Positions 30,485 through 40,199 of a stretch of 64,000 nt of DNA are shown here, piece after piece. The translations under genes were made by a program, and so were the position numbers. This DNA is from an uncultured delta proteobacterium (GTDB lineage Bacteria; Myxococcota_A; Polyangia; Polyangiales; Polyangiaceae): contig CAWKKR010000008.1 in assembly GCA_963850305.1 (NCBI GenBank), forward strand, positions 800,001-864,000, given 5' to 3'. Position 1 is the first letter of the stretch. Each line of letters opens with the position of its first letter. Below the pieces are notes generated by a model. The model was given only the letters and a program-made list of their open reading frames with translations, had not been told where the DNA came from and did no database searches.

Positions 30485-30562
30485 CTATGCTCGCGTAGTG
30501 CCGCACCCTCTTTGATCCCTCGGGGACGACGGTGCTCGTCGGTGCGGAACTACTAGGAAGCT

Positions 30563-31789
30563 CTACGCCGCATGAGGTTTGATCTCGACTTCGCAGCCGA
30601 GGTCGGTCAAGCGGCGGACGAGGCGTTTGATGGTCTTGCTCTGGTCGCGGCGGTCGAAGTGATGGGGTCCGAGGTCGCGGTAGGGAGTGCCGTCGCGGAG
30701 CATGTAGAAGGCGGCGGTGAGCATCGATGCGGCGACGGCCAAGATCGCCTTCTTTGCTCCACGGCGGGACTTGAGCCGGAGAAACTGGGCTCGAAGGTAG
30801 CTTTCCTTCGTGCGCACCGCGGCCCAGGCGGATGTGACGAGCGTCGTCTTGAGCCAGTTGGCGCTCTTGCGGACGCGCGTCGAGCGACGCTTGCCGGCGC
30901 TCTCGTCGTTGCGGGGGCAGAGGCCGGCCCAGGACACGAGGTGTCCCGCAGACGGGAAGCGCGACATGTCGACGCCGATCTCCGCCACGATCACGTTCGC
31001 GACGATGTCACTCACTCCCGGCATCGTCGTCAGGATCTCGGCGTGCGCCCGGATCGGCTCCAGCGCTTTTCCCGCAGCTGCATCAATCTCGGCCAGGGCC
31101 CCTTCGAGCGAGCCGATGACGCCGAGATGCAGCTTCAGCATGGCTCGGTGATGAGGGGTAACCCGCCCGCGCAGCGCTTCGATCAAGTCGGCCCTCTTCT
31201 TGCGCGCGGTACCGACCGCGAGATCGGCAAGGCGCTCGGGGTCATCTTCTCCGGCGATGAGAGCGGCGAGCATCGCCCGGCCGCTGGTCCCGAGCACGCT
31301 GGACAGGACGCTCGCGACCTTGATGTTCGAGTCCTCGAGCGTTTTCTGTATGCGCAGCGTGTGCTGGGCGATTTCTCGCACGAGCTGCGCGCGCGTTCGA
31401 GTGAGATCGCGCAGCTCCTGGATTCGCGCAGGAGGCACGAAACTGCTGCGGATCAGCCCGTGCGCGAGCAGATCGGCGATCCACGTCGCGTCGTTCACGT
31501 CGGTCTTGCGCCCTGGCACGTTGCGAATGTGCTGGGCGTTCGCGAGCACGAGTTCGAAGCTCCCTTCGAGCATGTGCCAGACCGGCTTCCAGTACACGCC
31601 GGTGGCCTCCATCGCCACGTGGGTCACGCCGTGCTCCTCGAGCCATTCCGCCAGCTCGAAGAGGCTACGTGTGGTCGTGCCGAACGTTCGGACCTCGCGC
31701 CGCGTTGGTTCGCTGACGCAGCGCACGCAGGCAACGACGCTATCCTTGTGGACGTCGAGGCCCGCGCAACGGGGATACATGACTTCCAT
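30563..31789 (-). CDS. IS110 family transposase/recombinase
   Basis: GLDVHKD, AMEATGVYW, KTDVNDA (DEDD); PGVS...AEIG; SWAGLCP...ESAG with catalytic Ser; AGGAGG RBS. Confidence 0.97.
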   Translation of the reverse strand: MEVMYPRCAGLDVHKDSVVACVRCVSEPTRREVRTFGTTTRSLFELAEWLEEHGVTHVAMEATGVYWKPVWHMLEGSFELVLANAQHIRNVPGRKTDVNDATWIADLLAHGLIRSSFVPPARIQELRDLTRTRAQLVREIAQHTLRIQKTLEDSNIKVASVLSSVLGTSGRAMLAALIAGEDDPERLADLAVGTARKKRADLIEALRGRVTPHHRAMLKLHLGVIGSLEGALAEIDAAAGKALEPIRAHAEILTTMPGVSDIVANVIVAEIGVDMSRFPSAGHLVSWAGLCPRNDESAGKRRSTRVRKSANWLKTTLVTSAWAAVRTKESYLRAQFLRLKSRRGAKKAILAVAASMLTAAFYMLRDGTPYRDLGPHHFDRRDQSKTIKRLVRRLTDLGCEVEIKPHAA

Positions 31790-31799
31790 GACCATCTCC

Positions 31800-32000
31800 T
31801 CCTTTCGGCGCGTCGAGAGGAGCCCTCGTCATCGAAGTCTACTAGGCGTGCTCCCGGATCTTTCGACCCGCGGTCACAATTCGGGGTGCTCGCAGGGCTC
31901 CGGGTCCATCTACTGAACGGGTTCTTGGCACCAAGTCACGGCCGACCTCGTTCCCGACGCCGCGGCAGGATACACTCGACTCCACCGTCCACGCGACGAC
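31800..32000 (-). ncRNA. putative IS110 bridge RNA (ends approximate)
   Basis: The non-coding left end contains TCAGTAGATG (31907-31916), identical to the left junction, and CCTAGTAGA (31838-31846), identical to the predicted circle junction. Confidence 0.7.
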
Positions 32001-32043
32001 CCGAGCTTCATGCTTCGGGGAAGGCGCTCTCGCCGATGGGCAT

Positions 32044-32793
32044 CTACTGACAGATGGCGTAGTCCGGCGACAAGGTCGGGGTACCGAGGCACCGTCCACC
32101 GTTGGGGCACGTGTTCGCCTGGGGATGACAGGCGATCGCCCTGCCGGAACCGCACGCGGCCGCCGGGACGCAGTCGAAGCTGGTATAGAAAGGGACGATC
32201 ACGAGGGTCTGCGCCGTGCCGCAGCAGACATCGCCATTGGCGCAGTCTTCCGGACCGTCGCAGTGCGCCGCGGTGAAGGGAAAACCGCAGGGCGCTCCCG
32301 CGGCGAGGCACGTCGCTGTGACCTGCTCGGTGGTCGTACCGGTTCCCGACGACGACGTCGACGAAACGGACACGCAGCAATCGCCTCCCTGATCCGTTTC
32401 ACACGTCGATCCGTTGCACGCGACGCTCGCGCCCTGAACCGGCGGTTCGATCGCACTGCCCCCCGCGCCCGGGCTCCCGCCGCCCGTCACGCCACCGTTG
32501 CCGAAACTACCCGCGTCGAAGGCGCCGTCACCCACTCCGCCGGTAGAGTCCGCGCCCCCGAACCCGTCCACTCCGCCGCTCTCGGCGAGGCCTCCGCCCT
32601 GCGCGATTGAACCGCCCTCGGCCGTGAAGCCAACCGTGCCTCCGGTGAGGCCGCCCGATCCGCTCGAGCTCGTCCTGCTCCCTGCGCCGGCCGAAGCACC
32701 GGCCCCCGAGAAGAGGCCCTGCGTGGAACTACCGCCACACGCACAGAGGACCGATCCCGTGAGGACGACGCGGAGAAAAGAATCGAAGCCCAC
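32044..32793 (-). CDS. Gly-rich/Cys-rich lipoprotein (start uncertain)
   Basis: Lipobox VLCACGG; Gly/Ser linker; CDGPEDC...VCC motif; its stop codon lies in the IS110 insertion core. Confidence 0.75.
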   Translation of the reverse strand: MGFDSFLRVVLTGSVLCACGGSSTQGLFSGAGASAGAGSRTSSSGSGGLTGGTVGFTAEGGSIAQGGGLAESGGVDGFGGADSTGGVGDGAFDAGSFGNGGVTGGGSPGAGGSAIEPPVQGASVACNGSTCETDQGGDCCVSVSSTSSSGTGTTTEQVTATCLAAGAPCGFPFTAAHCDGPEDCANGDVCCGTAQTLVIVPFYTSFDCVPAAACGSGRAIACHPQANTCPNGGRCLGTPTLSPDYAICQ

Positions 32794-33051
32794 ATCGAAC
32801 CATAACACGCAGACACGGGCGCGGACTCTCCGCCGTGCGCGCGGCGTTGACGAGGCTCGCGGCGTTCTCTCATCGCCTGTTCGCCTACATCGTCGCCGCC
32901 CGGCGCTTCGGTCGAACTGACGCGTTCGCCTCAACTGGGGCTTGATGCCACGCGTCGTCGGTCGCGCGGGTGGCTCGGCGCGGCCGCTTGTCCGTTCAAC
33001 CTGGCCTATCGTTCGACGGATCAGCACACCCGAGAGTTATCTCGACCCGAC

Positions 33052-33067
33052 CGGCATTGCTCTTGCA
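33052..33067 (+). promoter_or_regulatory. sigma-54 promoter-like motif upstream of dps
   Basis: cGGCAT-TGCTC-TTGCA, 30 bp before the ATG. Confidence 0.6.
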
Positions 33068-33097
33068 GGCGTGCGACGCGAGATCCATAGGGAGTCA

Positions 33098-33580
33098 ATG
33101 TACCAAACCAAGAATGACCTACCCGAGTCTTCACGAACGAGATTGGTGGAGCTCCTGAATCTTCGTCTGGCCGATGCGATCGACCTCGGGACGCACTGCA
33201 AACACGCACACTGGAACGTCAAGGGCCCCGGATTCATCGCGCTGCACGAGCTCTTCGACAAGGTGAACGAGGACGTCGAGGATTACGTGGACCTCATTGC
33301 CGAACGCGCGGTTCAACTCGGCGGCGTGGCCGACGGCACCGCGAGGTCCGTGGTAAAGCGCTCGACCCTGCGTGACTATCCGCGGGAAGCGGCGGCGGGA
33401 CGGGATCACGTCGAGGCGCTGTCGGCTAGCCTCGCCGCTTTCGCGAAGCTCGTGCGCCAGGCCACCAACACGGCGTCGGAACTTTCCGACCAGGACACGG
33501 CGGATCTCTTCACCGAGGTGAGCCGCGGCGTGGACAAGTGGCTGTGGATGGTGGAAGCCCACCTGCAGTCCGAACGATGA
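33098..33580 (+). CDS. dps: DNA starvation/stationary phase protection protein Dps
   Basis: KHAHWNVKGPGFIALHELFD; DLIAERAVQLGG; DKWLWMVEAH; GGAG RBS before ATG 33098. Confidence 0.96.
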   Translation: MYQTKNDLPESSRTRLVELLNLRLADAIDLGTHCKHAHWNVKGPGFIALHELFDKVNEDVEDYVDLIAERAVQLGGVADGTARSVVKRSTLRDYPREAAAGRDHVEALSASLAAFAKLVRQATNTASELSDQDTADLFTEVSRGVDKWLWMVEAHLQSER

Positions 33581-33619
33581 CCAGCTAATTTCCGCAGCAG
33601 AAAACCGCGAGATGGGCCG

Positions 33620-35089
33620 ATGGACGGGTGCACGGAGGCAATCCGAGAAACGAAGAGTGCGGTCGAGCCCCTGACGGAAGGTTCCGCTGCGCCGGCCCGA
33701 TCGCTCGGTGAGCGAATGCGTACGTGGGAACGCGCCCGGATCCTCGTCATCGACGACGACCAGACGAATTGCGAGATGCTCGAGTTCGCGCTCAAGCGCG
33801 AGCACCGAGTCACGTGGCGAACCTCGGCGCACTCGGCGCTGGAGCTGTTCGCGACCGAGGACTTCGACGTCGTGCTCACGGATCTCAACATGGCCGAGCT
33901 CGGCGGCATCGAGCTCTGTCAGCGCGCGACGGAGATGCGGCCCGACGTCCCCGTCGTGGTCATCACCGGGAACGGGACGATGATCGCGGCGATCGCTGCC
34001 ATCCGCGCCGGCGCCTACGATTTCGTCAACAAGCCAGTCGACGGCGAAAGACTGCGCGTGACCGTCCGCCGTGCGTTCCGTCTTCGCCGCCTGCGCGACG
34101 AGGTGAAGCGGCTGCGCCTCGACGCGTGTACGGCGCCCGCTTTCGAGGAAATGCTCGGGACGAGCGACGCGATGAAGCACGTCTTCGAGCTCGTTAGCCG
34201 CGTCGCACGCTCGGACGCGACGGTGCTGATCGAGGGCGAGAGCGGCACCGGCAAGGAGCTCGTGGCCCGCGCGGTTCACGCCCAGAGCTCGCGCCGCGAC
34301 CAGCCGTTCCTTGCCATCAACTGCGCGGCAATGACGCCGTCGCTGCTCGAGAGCGAACTCTTCGGGCACGCACGGGGAGCGTTCACGGACGCGAAGACCG
34401 CCCACGCCGGGCTCTTCGAGCAAGCCTCGGGAGGCACTCTCTTCCTCGACGAGATTGGCGAGCTGCCCCTCGAGATGCAGCCGAAGCTCCTGCGAGCCCT
34501 CCAGGAGCACCGGGTGCGCCCGGTGGGGGCGAATCATGAAGTGCCGTTCGACGCCCGGATCGTCGCTGCCACGAACCGGCATCTCGAGCGCGACGTGTCT
34601 GCAGGGCGCTTTCGCGCGGACCTTTACTACCGCATCAACGTCGTCGCCGTCACCCTGCCGCCGTTGCGCGAACGCCCGGGAGACATTCTCGCGCTCGCCC
34701 AGCACTTCGTCGAACGCGCCGTCGCTCGCTCCGGCAGCCGCGTCGCCGGCATCGACGCGTCGACGGCGGAGAAGCTCTGCAGCTACGACTGGCCCGGCAA
34801 CGTGCGCGAGCTGGAGAACTGCATGGAACGCGCGGTGGCGCTCGCCCGTTTCGACACAATCACCGTCGACGACCTCGCGGAAAAGATCCGGAACTATCGC
34901 TCGGACCGCATCGTCATCGCCGCCGACAATCTGTCCGAGCTCGTGACGATGAGCGAGCTCGAGAGTCAATACTTCGCCCGTGTATTGACCCTCGTCGGCG
35001 GGAACAAATCGCGCGCCGCAAAGATACTCGGCGTTCACCGGCGCACCCTGTACCGAAAAGCCGAGAGCACCAGGACCCGCGGGCTTTGA
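33620..35089 (+). CDS. sigma-54-dependent response regulator (NtrC family); start may be 33716
   Basis: REC domain; GESGTGKE; ESELFGHARGAFTDA; FLDEIGE; WPGNVREL; Fis-type HTH. Confidence 0.96.
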   Translation: MDGCTEAIRETKSAVEPLTEGSAAPARSLGERMRTWERARILVIDDDQTNCEMLEFALKREHRVTWRTSAHSALELFATEDFDVVLTDLNMAELGGIELCQRATEMRPDVPVVVITGNGTMIAAIAAIRAGAYDFVNKPVDGERLRVTVRRAFRLRRLRDEVKRLRLDACTAPAFEEMLGTSDAMKHVFELVSRVARSDATVLIEGESGTGKELVARAVHAQSSRRDQPFLAINCAAMTPSLLESELFGHARGAFTDAKTAHAGLFEQASGGTLFLDEIGELPLEMQPKLLRALQEHRVRPVGANHEVPFDARIVAATNRHLERDVSAGRFRADLYYRINVVAVTLPPLRERPGDILALAQHFVERAVARSGSRVAGIDASTAEKLCSYDWPGNVRELENCMERAVALARFDTITVDDLAEKIRNYRSDRIVIAADNLSELVTMSELESQYFARVLTLVGGNKSRAAKILGVHRRTLYRKAESTRTRGL

Positions 35090-35146
35090 GGCGTGCGCCA
35101 TCTCGGCGCTCTCCGCCCCACCGCCCTTGGTGTACGCTCGGCAGCA

Positions 35147-36358
35147 ATGGACTTCGAACACTCCGCTCGGGCTCAGGATTTCATCGAACGAGTGCGGCGC
35201 TTCATCGACGAGCGCGTCCTGCCGAACGAAGGGACGTACGAAGCCGAGCTCGTGCGCTCGAACGACTTCAGGGAATGGCGAATCCCTCCCATCATGGAGA
35301 CCCTGAAGGCCGAGGCGAAGACACAGGGGCTCTGGAACCTGTTCCTTCCAGATCCGGCCGACGGTGCCGGCCTCGACAATCGGGATTATGCGCCGCTCGC
35401 GGAGCTCATGGGCAAGAGCTTCATCGCCCCGGAGGTCTTCAACTGCAACGCGCCTGATTCGGGAAACGCCGAAGTTCTGCACCGCTACGGCTCCGACGAA
35501 CAGAAGGAGCGATGGCTCCGCCCGCTGCTCGACGGCAAGATCCGCTCGGGCTTCGCGATGACGGAGCCGGCCGTCGCCTCGTCGGACGCGACGAACATGC
35601 AGGCGACCTGCGTCGTGGAGCGGAACGAGGTCGTCCTGAACGGTCACAAGTGGTGGACGAGCGGCGCCGGCGATCCGCGCTGTCGTTTTCTGATCTTCAT
35701 GGGCGTCACCGATCCCGATGCGGAAGATCGTCATCGGCGTCACTCCATGGTGCTCGTCCCCATGGACGCGCCCGGCCTCCGGATCGTGCGCATGGTCCCC
35801 GTCTTCGGACACCTCGACGAACCGCACGGCCACGCGGAGATCTTGTTCGAGAACGTGCGCGTTCCGCTCGGAAACGTCGTCGCAGGACCGGGCCGCGGCT
35901 TCGAGATCGCCCAGGGCCGGCTCGGGCCGGGCCGCATTCATCACTGCATGCGCGCCATCGGTGCAGCGGAGAAGGCGTTCGACCTCATGTGCAAGCGCGC
36001 CACGTCGCGCGTGGCGTTCGGTAAGCCGCTCGTCAACCTCGGCGGCAATCGCGACATCATCGCCAACTGCCGCATGGCGATCGATCAGGCGCGGCTCCTC
36101 ACCCTGAAGGCTGCGTGGTTGCTCGACACGCAGGGCCTCATGGGCGCCATCAACACCGTGTCGCAGATCAAAGTCGTCGCGCCCAACGTGCTCCAGACCG
36201 TGACGGACGCCGCGATCCAGATGCACGGTGGTCAGGGCGTCGCGGATCGGGACCTCAACATGCTCATGGGCATGGCGCGCGTGCTCCGCATCGCCGACGG
36301 ACCGGATGAGGTCCACCGCGGTCTCGTCGCAAAGTTCGAGCTCATGAAGTATCGCTGA
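35147..36358 (+). CDS. acyl-CoA dehydrogenase
   Basis: [57 protein letters not shown]. Confidence 0.95.
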   Translation: MDFEHSARAQDFIERVRRFIDERVLPNEGTYEAELVRSNDFREWRIPPIMETLKAEAKTQGLWNLFLPDPADGAGLDNRDYAPLAELMGKSFIAPEVFNCNAPDSGNAEVLHRYGSDEQKERWLRPLLDGKIRSGFAMTEPAVASSDATNMQATCVVERNEVVLNGHKWWTSGAGDPRCRFLIFMGVTDPDAEDRHRRHSMVLVPMDAPGLRIVRMVPVFGHLDEPHGHAEILFENVRVPLGNVVAGPGRGFEIAQGRLGPGRIHHCMRAIGAAEKAFDLMCKRATSRVAFGKPLVNLGGNRDIIANCRMAIDQARLLTLKAAWLLDTQGLMGAINTVSQIKVVAPNVLQTVTDAAIQMHGGQGVADRDLNMLMGMARVLRIADGPDEVHRGLVAKFELMKYR

Positions 36359-36361
36359 CTT

Positions 36362-37672
36362 ATGCTCCCGGGATCGATGAGACGCCCGATAGCGTGTTCC
36401 TTGCTCTGTCTGCTGGCGGTCGGTCCAGGCTGCGCCTCGAGTGACTGGTGGTATTCGAGTGACGGCCGGGACGCCGGAAATGAGGATGCCAGAGCATTGG
36501 GTCGCGGCGGATTCGAAGACGGCGGGGCCAAGCAAGGCGGCGGAGCTTCGACTCGTGACGGCGGCAGCTCCTCGGACCGAGACGGCGGCGCGTGCGTGAC
36601 ACCGCCGTCGGTCAACGTGGACGCGACCCAGTGGGACTTCGACGCGTCACCGACGTGGAACTGCTCGGCAGCCGGCACGACGACCATCGATTCTGCGGCG
36701 GGTACCGTCACGAGCACGAGCTGCAGCTTGGGTGCGCTCGACGTGTCGAACGGCGTGGCGCAACTCGATACGACGGGGTCACCCGTCATGGTCGTGCGTC
36801 TGCGCGGGCTCACCGTCAGCGGCGGCCATGTGTTCAAGATCGTCGGCGACAAGCCCGTCGTCTTTCTCGTCGCGGGCGACGTGTTGATCGACACGGGCGG
36901 CACCCTGGACGCCGGTGCGGCGGGGACGACCGCGGGCGCGGGCGGCGACCTCGCCGCACAGTGCACGACGTCCGCAGGTGCGGCCGCGACGGCCACGACG
37001 AATGGCGGCGGCGGTGGCGGCTTCGGCACGCCCGGCGGCTTCGGCGCGAACCTCACGGGCGCGAGCGACGCAGCGGGTGGCGTCGCGAGCTCGGACACGG
37101 ATCTCGTTCCCCTCCGCGGCGGTTGCCCCGGAGGCACGGGAGGCAGCGGCGCGGGCGCGGCGGGAGCAGGAGGCGGCGCGTTCGAGATCAGCGCTTCCGG
37201 GGCGATCACCATCGGCACTGGCTCGAACCCTGCGGTCCTGAGCGCCGCCGGTGGCGGTTCACCTGCGGTCATGAAAGGCCAGAACGTCGGGAGCGGAGGC
37301 GGCGGAAGCGGCGGCGGCATTCTCCTCGTGTCGCCCGTCCCGGCTGTCTTCGGCAGCGGAGGTGCTGCGCGAGCGCACGGCGGCGCGACGGGCGCGTCGC
37401 AGGGTTGCGCGTGCGCGCCAAACAAGACCGCAAACGACGGTGCCGACGGGCACTCCGCCGACGACACCGCGGCCGCAGGCGGCAAGTCGATCGACGTCAA
37501 TGCCGCCACTGGTGCGAACGGCGGCCAATGTTCGGGAGTGCTGTGTCAGACGTCCTCGGCGAGCGGCGCGAACGGAACCGCCGCCCGCGTCCCGGCGAGC
37601 GCGTCGGGTGGAGGTGGCGGCGGCGGCAGGATCGTCGTGACCACGATGCCCGCATCGTCCGCGTGCAAGTGA
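36362..37672 (+). CDS. Gly-rich secreted lipoprotein
   Basis: Signal peptide ending GPGC; repeated GGGGG/GGSGG motifs followed by hydrophobic strands. Confidence 0.75.
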   Translation: MLPGSMRRPIACSLLCLLAVGPGCASSDWWYSSDGRDAGNEDARALGRGGFEDGGAKQGGGASTRDGGSSSDRDGGACVTPPSVNVDATQWDFDASPTWNCSAAGTTTIDSAAGTVTSTSCSLGALDVSNGVAQLDTTGSPVMVVRLRGLTVSGGHVFKIVGDKPVVFLVAGDVLIDTGGTLDAGAAGTTAGAGGDLAAQCTTSAGAAATATTNGGGGGGFGTPGGFGANLTGASDAAGGVASSDTDLVPLRGGCPGGTGGSGAGAAGAGGGAFEISASGAITIGTGSNPAVLSAAGGGSPAVMKGQNVGSGGGGSGGGILLVSPVPAVFGSGGAARAHGGATGASQGCACAPNKTANDGADGHSADDTAAAGGKSIDVNAATGANGGQCSGVLCQTSSASGANGTAARVPASASGGGGGGGRIVVTTMPASSACK

Positions 37673-37799
37673 GGGCGCGCTTGCCCGATCACCTGGCTCG
37701 TGCGACAAACGCGGGGAATCTTGCGCCGACGCTCCAAACCATGGCGATGGCCATCGCGACAGGAACAGAATCGCAGAATTCATCGAAGAAGACTGATAA

Positions 37800-37873
37800 G
37801 CGCCCCTAGCTCAGCTGGATAGAGCATCGGACTTCGAATCCGCAGGTCGCAAGTTCGAATCTTGCGGGGCGCG
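37800..37873 (+). tRNA. tRNA-Arg (TCG)
   Basis: GCGCCCC/GGGGCGC acceptor stem, GCTC-AGCTGGATA-GAGC D-arm, CTTCGAA anticodon loop, GCAAG-TTCGAAT-CTTGC T-arm; CCA not encoded. Confidence 0.95.
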
Positions 37874-37922
37874 CCGCAGAGAACATGCTGGATTCGTGAT
37901 CCAGACGATCGGCCAGAAAGGG

Positions 37923-37946
37923 GTGCGGGTACCTGTGCGGGTACCT
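37923..37946. repeat. 12-bp tandem repeat, integrase arm-site-like
   Basis: gtgcgggtacct x2, 50 bp downstream of tRNA-Arg. Confidence 0.6.
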
Positions 37947-38153
37947 CGATTTGGGGAAATGCCGTCGCCGAAGAGGGGGGCTCTTGTCACTTGGCGGTGG
38001 GTCGCCAGCGAAATCTGTTCAGGCGTGCAATTGCGCCACGAAACTCCCGAATGCCTGACTCCGCAGCAAGGGTGGGATGAGTCCGGGACCTCGAGTTCGG
38101 GGCGCTTCAGAGCGCTGAACCCCGCTGTGCCGGCTACCTCGGTCATCCTTCCT

Positions 38154-38452
38154 TCAAAATCCCCGGCGCTCCCCTTCACTGCACCCCACAGTGCAACGAT
38201 CATGACGACGCGCTCGCTCTCGTCGACCTCGTAGTACACGTGGTTTCTCGTCCTCTCCATGAGCAGCCGGCGCACGGCAACTCCACCGCGATGGATGAAG
38301 AGCAGCCCGAGGTCCGGCTTTTCGGCAAGCCGTCGCTGGGTATCGCGCAGCTCCTCCGCGAAGAGGGTCGTGGCATCGTGACGATTCGCGCGCCACCAAG
38401 CGTCCATCTTCCGCGCCTGACGCTGCGCAGGCTTGGCGAGCCGAACCTTCAC
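38154..38452 (-). CDS. RelE/ParE-family toxin; in-frame stop apparently lost
   Basis: MKVRLAKPAQRQ...WWRANR...LFAEEL...VRRLLM...HVYYEVD...IVALWGA. The frame reads through over the tRNA, but an out-of-frame TGA at 38154 would give about 99 aa. Confidence 0.75.
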
Positions 38453-38688
38453 GCCCGAGCCAGAAGCTCGGCCACGAACTCCTCGGCATCCACGTGCTCG
38501 CCGCGTCTGGCTGCACTCTGGCCTGCGTCGATGGCTCTGAGTATCCTCTCTCGCTCCTCTGGTTCGAGATCTGGATCATCTCCGCTGACGGGCACGATGT
38601 GGAGCACAGTTCCGTCGGGCAGGACCATCGGTTCGTCCACGACGATGCGGCCGTTTTCGACGTGCGCCTTGAGGGCGTTCATGATCAT
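38449..38688 (-). CDS. putative antitoxin
   Basis: Small acidic protein (ALKAHVENGRIVVDEP...AEEFVAEL) with a GTGA overlap onto the toxin start. Confidence 0.78.
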   Translation of the reverse strand: MIMNALKAHVENGRIVVDEPMVLPDGTVLHIVPVSGDDPDLEPEERERILRAIDAGQSAARRGEHVDAEEFVAELLARA

Positions 38689-39229
38689 TCACGCTAGCAC
38701 CGCTTGCCCTTCGTTGCTCGTCTCCCGGATCCCTCCGCGAAAGTGCGAACGCTGCTACTGCCAAAGATCGAACGGAACCGCGGCAGAAGGCGGGGATCAC
38801 TTCCATCGAAATCGCGCCGAAGAAGCGCCTCAGCCGGACCACCGCGACGATTGGGAGCAACTCAGCGCGAGGTCGCCGCTGCGGAGGTGGCGGCCCGCTC
38901 CCACCCGTAGGCGGCCACGTTCACGAGGACCAGCGAGAAGGGAACGAGGGAGCAGTGCTTCAAGCTGGGGCGGTTCGTTGGACGGTAGTGCCTCGGTCGC
39001 GCTTCACTGTCACCTGCCCTCGCCGCGCATAACCGAAAGCGACATTTACTCGCGTGGCATCAGCGGAAGGCGTCGTGGGGAGGAGCAACTCCAGTAGAGC
39101 CCGACGCGCTCGACCTCGCCGGCCGCCTTGGCCACCTGCTCAGCGGCCATCCCTACTCGCGTCGGGATTCCCAAGTCGTGTCGCCCACCTGGTCACGACG
39201 CCGCACCGTGATGTAGTCGTCGATGGAGT

Positions 39230-39600
39230 GGGCGCGGAGCGCATCGAGCAGCGGCCGGATGCCGCTTCGCCGGATGAACGCCATGACCACGTCGATGCGG
39301 TCCGCGGAGTGGATCTCGGTGAGGAGCTGTCTTCCGACCCTGGGCTCACCGGGTGCGTTCGTGAGGAGCGTCGTGTCGAGCAGCGGGATGAGAGGCTCGG
39401 AGATCTCTTCCGGGCTGCCATCCGGCAGCCTCGACAAAACGGCGCGGAGGACCGCGCCCGGCGTGATCGGCTTTTCCCCGTCCGTCGCTTTGGTGGCGAC
39501 GGCGGCGATCTCATCGACGAGCTGTCTAGCGAGGGCGATCCCCTTTTCGACGCGCTCCTCGGCCTTGAAGGACTCCACTGCGCGTTCCACGACGCGACCG
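39230..39600 (-). pseudogene. fragment of PLD-like nuclease/helicase (DUF3427-type) gene
   Basis: PLIPLLDTTLLTNAPGEPRVGRQLLTEIHSADRIDVVMAFIRRSGIRPLLDAL resembles the N-terminus of these large proteins; similarity ends on both sides. Confidence 0.7.
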
Positions 39601-39746
39601 GAGCATGGTGTGCGCGTCCGGCACGAACACGTGTTCGCCCACAACGGCGGGGACCCGTGCCGGACCTCCGGCAACGCGCGCCGTGCCAGCGGAAGCGCTC
39701 ACCGAGCGCTCGGGAAGGCGACACCGACGTCCAGCAACGCGCGTCA

Positions 39747-39917
39747 AGCGTTGGGAAGGGCGGCCCGGGCACGCCGAGCGTCGACACCAGCACCTGGAAC
39801 GGCGGCCCGGACACGCGGAGTCTCGACACCAGCGTCGGGAACAGCGGCCCGGACACCCGGAGCGTCGACACCAGCGTCGGGAACGGCGGCCCGGGCACGC
39901 CGAGCGTCGACACCAGC
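39747..39917. repeat. 42-bp tandem repeat x4 (degenerate)
   Basis: Consensus agcgtcgggaacggcggcccgggcacgccgagcgtcgacacc. Confidence 0.9.
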
Positions 39918-39967
39918 GCGCAGTAAGGCGAGTAACGTTTCCGGAAGCGCGCGCCGAGCGCTTGGGA

Positions 39968-40198
39968 CGACGCTCCGGATGCTTGAGCCGACGCTCCGGA
40001 TGCTTGAGCCGACGCTCCGGATGCTTGAGCCGACGCTCCGGATGCTGGAGCCGACGTTCCAGGTGCTGGAGCCGACGTTCCAGGTGCTGGAGCCGACGCT
40101 CCGGGTGCTGGAGCCGACGTTCCAGGTGCTGGAGCCGACGCTCCGGATGCTGGAGCCGACGTTCCAGGTGCTGGAGCCGACGCTCCAGGTGCTTGAGC
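39968..40198. repeat. 21-bp tandem repeat x11
   Basis: cgacg(c/t)tcc(g/a)g(a/g)tgct(t/g)gagc. Confidence 0.95.
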
Positions 40199-40199
40199 C

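Larger units (their letters stand above)
30550..32048 (-). mobile_element. IS110-family insertion sequence (~1.5 kb)
   Basis: DEDD transposase with a long upstream non-coding end; no terminal inverted repeats seen; ctact (minus AGTAG) occurs at both borders (30550-30554, 32044-32048). Confidence 0.88.

Noticed and set aside
33131..36535. 1134-aa minus-strand ORF
   Set aside because: Antisense shadow of dps, the NtrC regulator and the acyl-CoA dehydrogenase, as expected in high-GC DNA. The same applies to most long Arg/Pro-rich ORFs in the track.
37716..37725. gaatcttgcg match to the tRNA-Arg T-arm as an att site
   Set aside because: Only 10 bp and upstream of the tRNA, which is the wrong side for an integration duplication.
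37811..38153. C-terminal extension of the ParE-like toxin
   Set aside because: Runs antisense through tRNA-Arg; better explained by a lost stop near 38154.
39968..40198. CRISPR array or a definite repeat protein
   Set aside because: No spacers; several frames are open and none has a convincing start or context.
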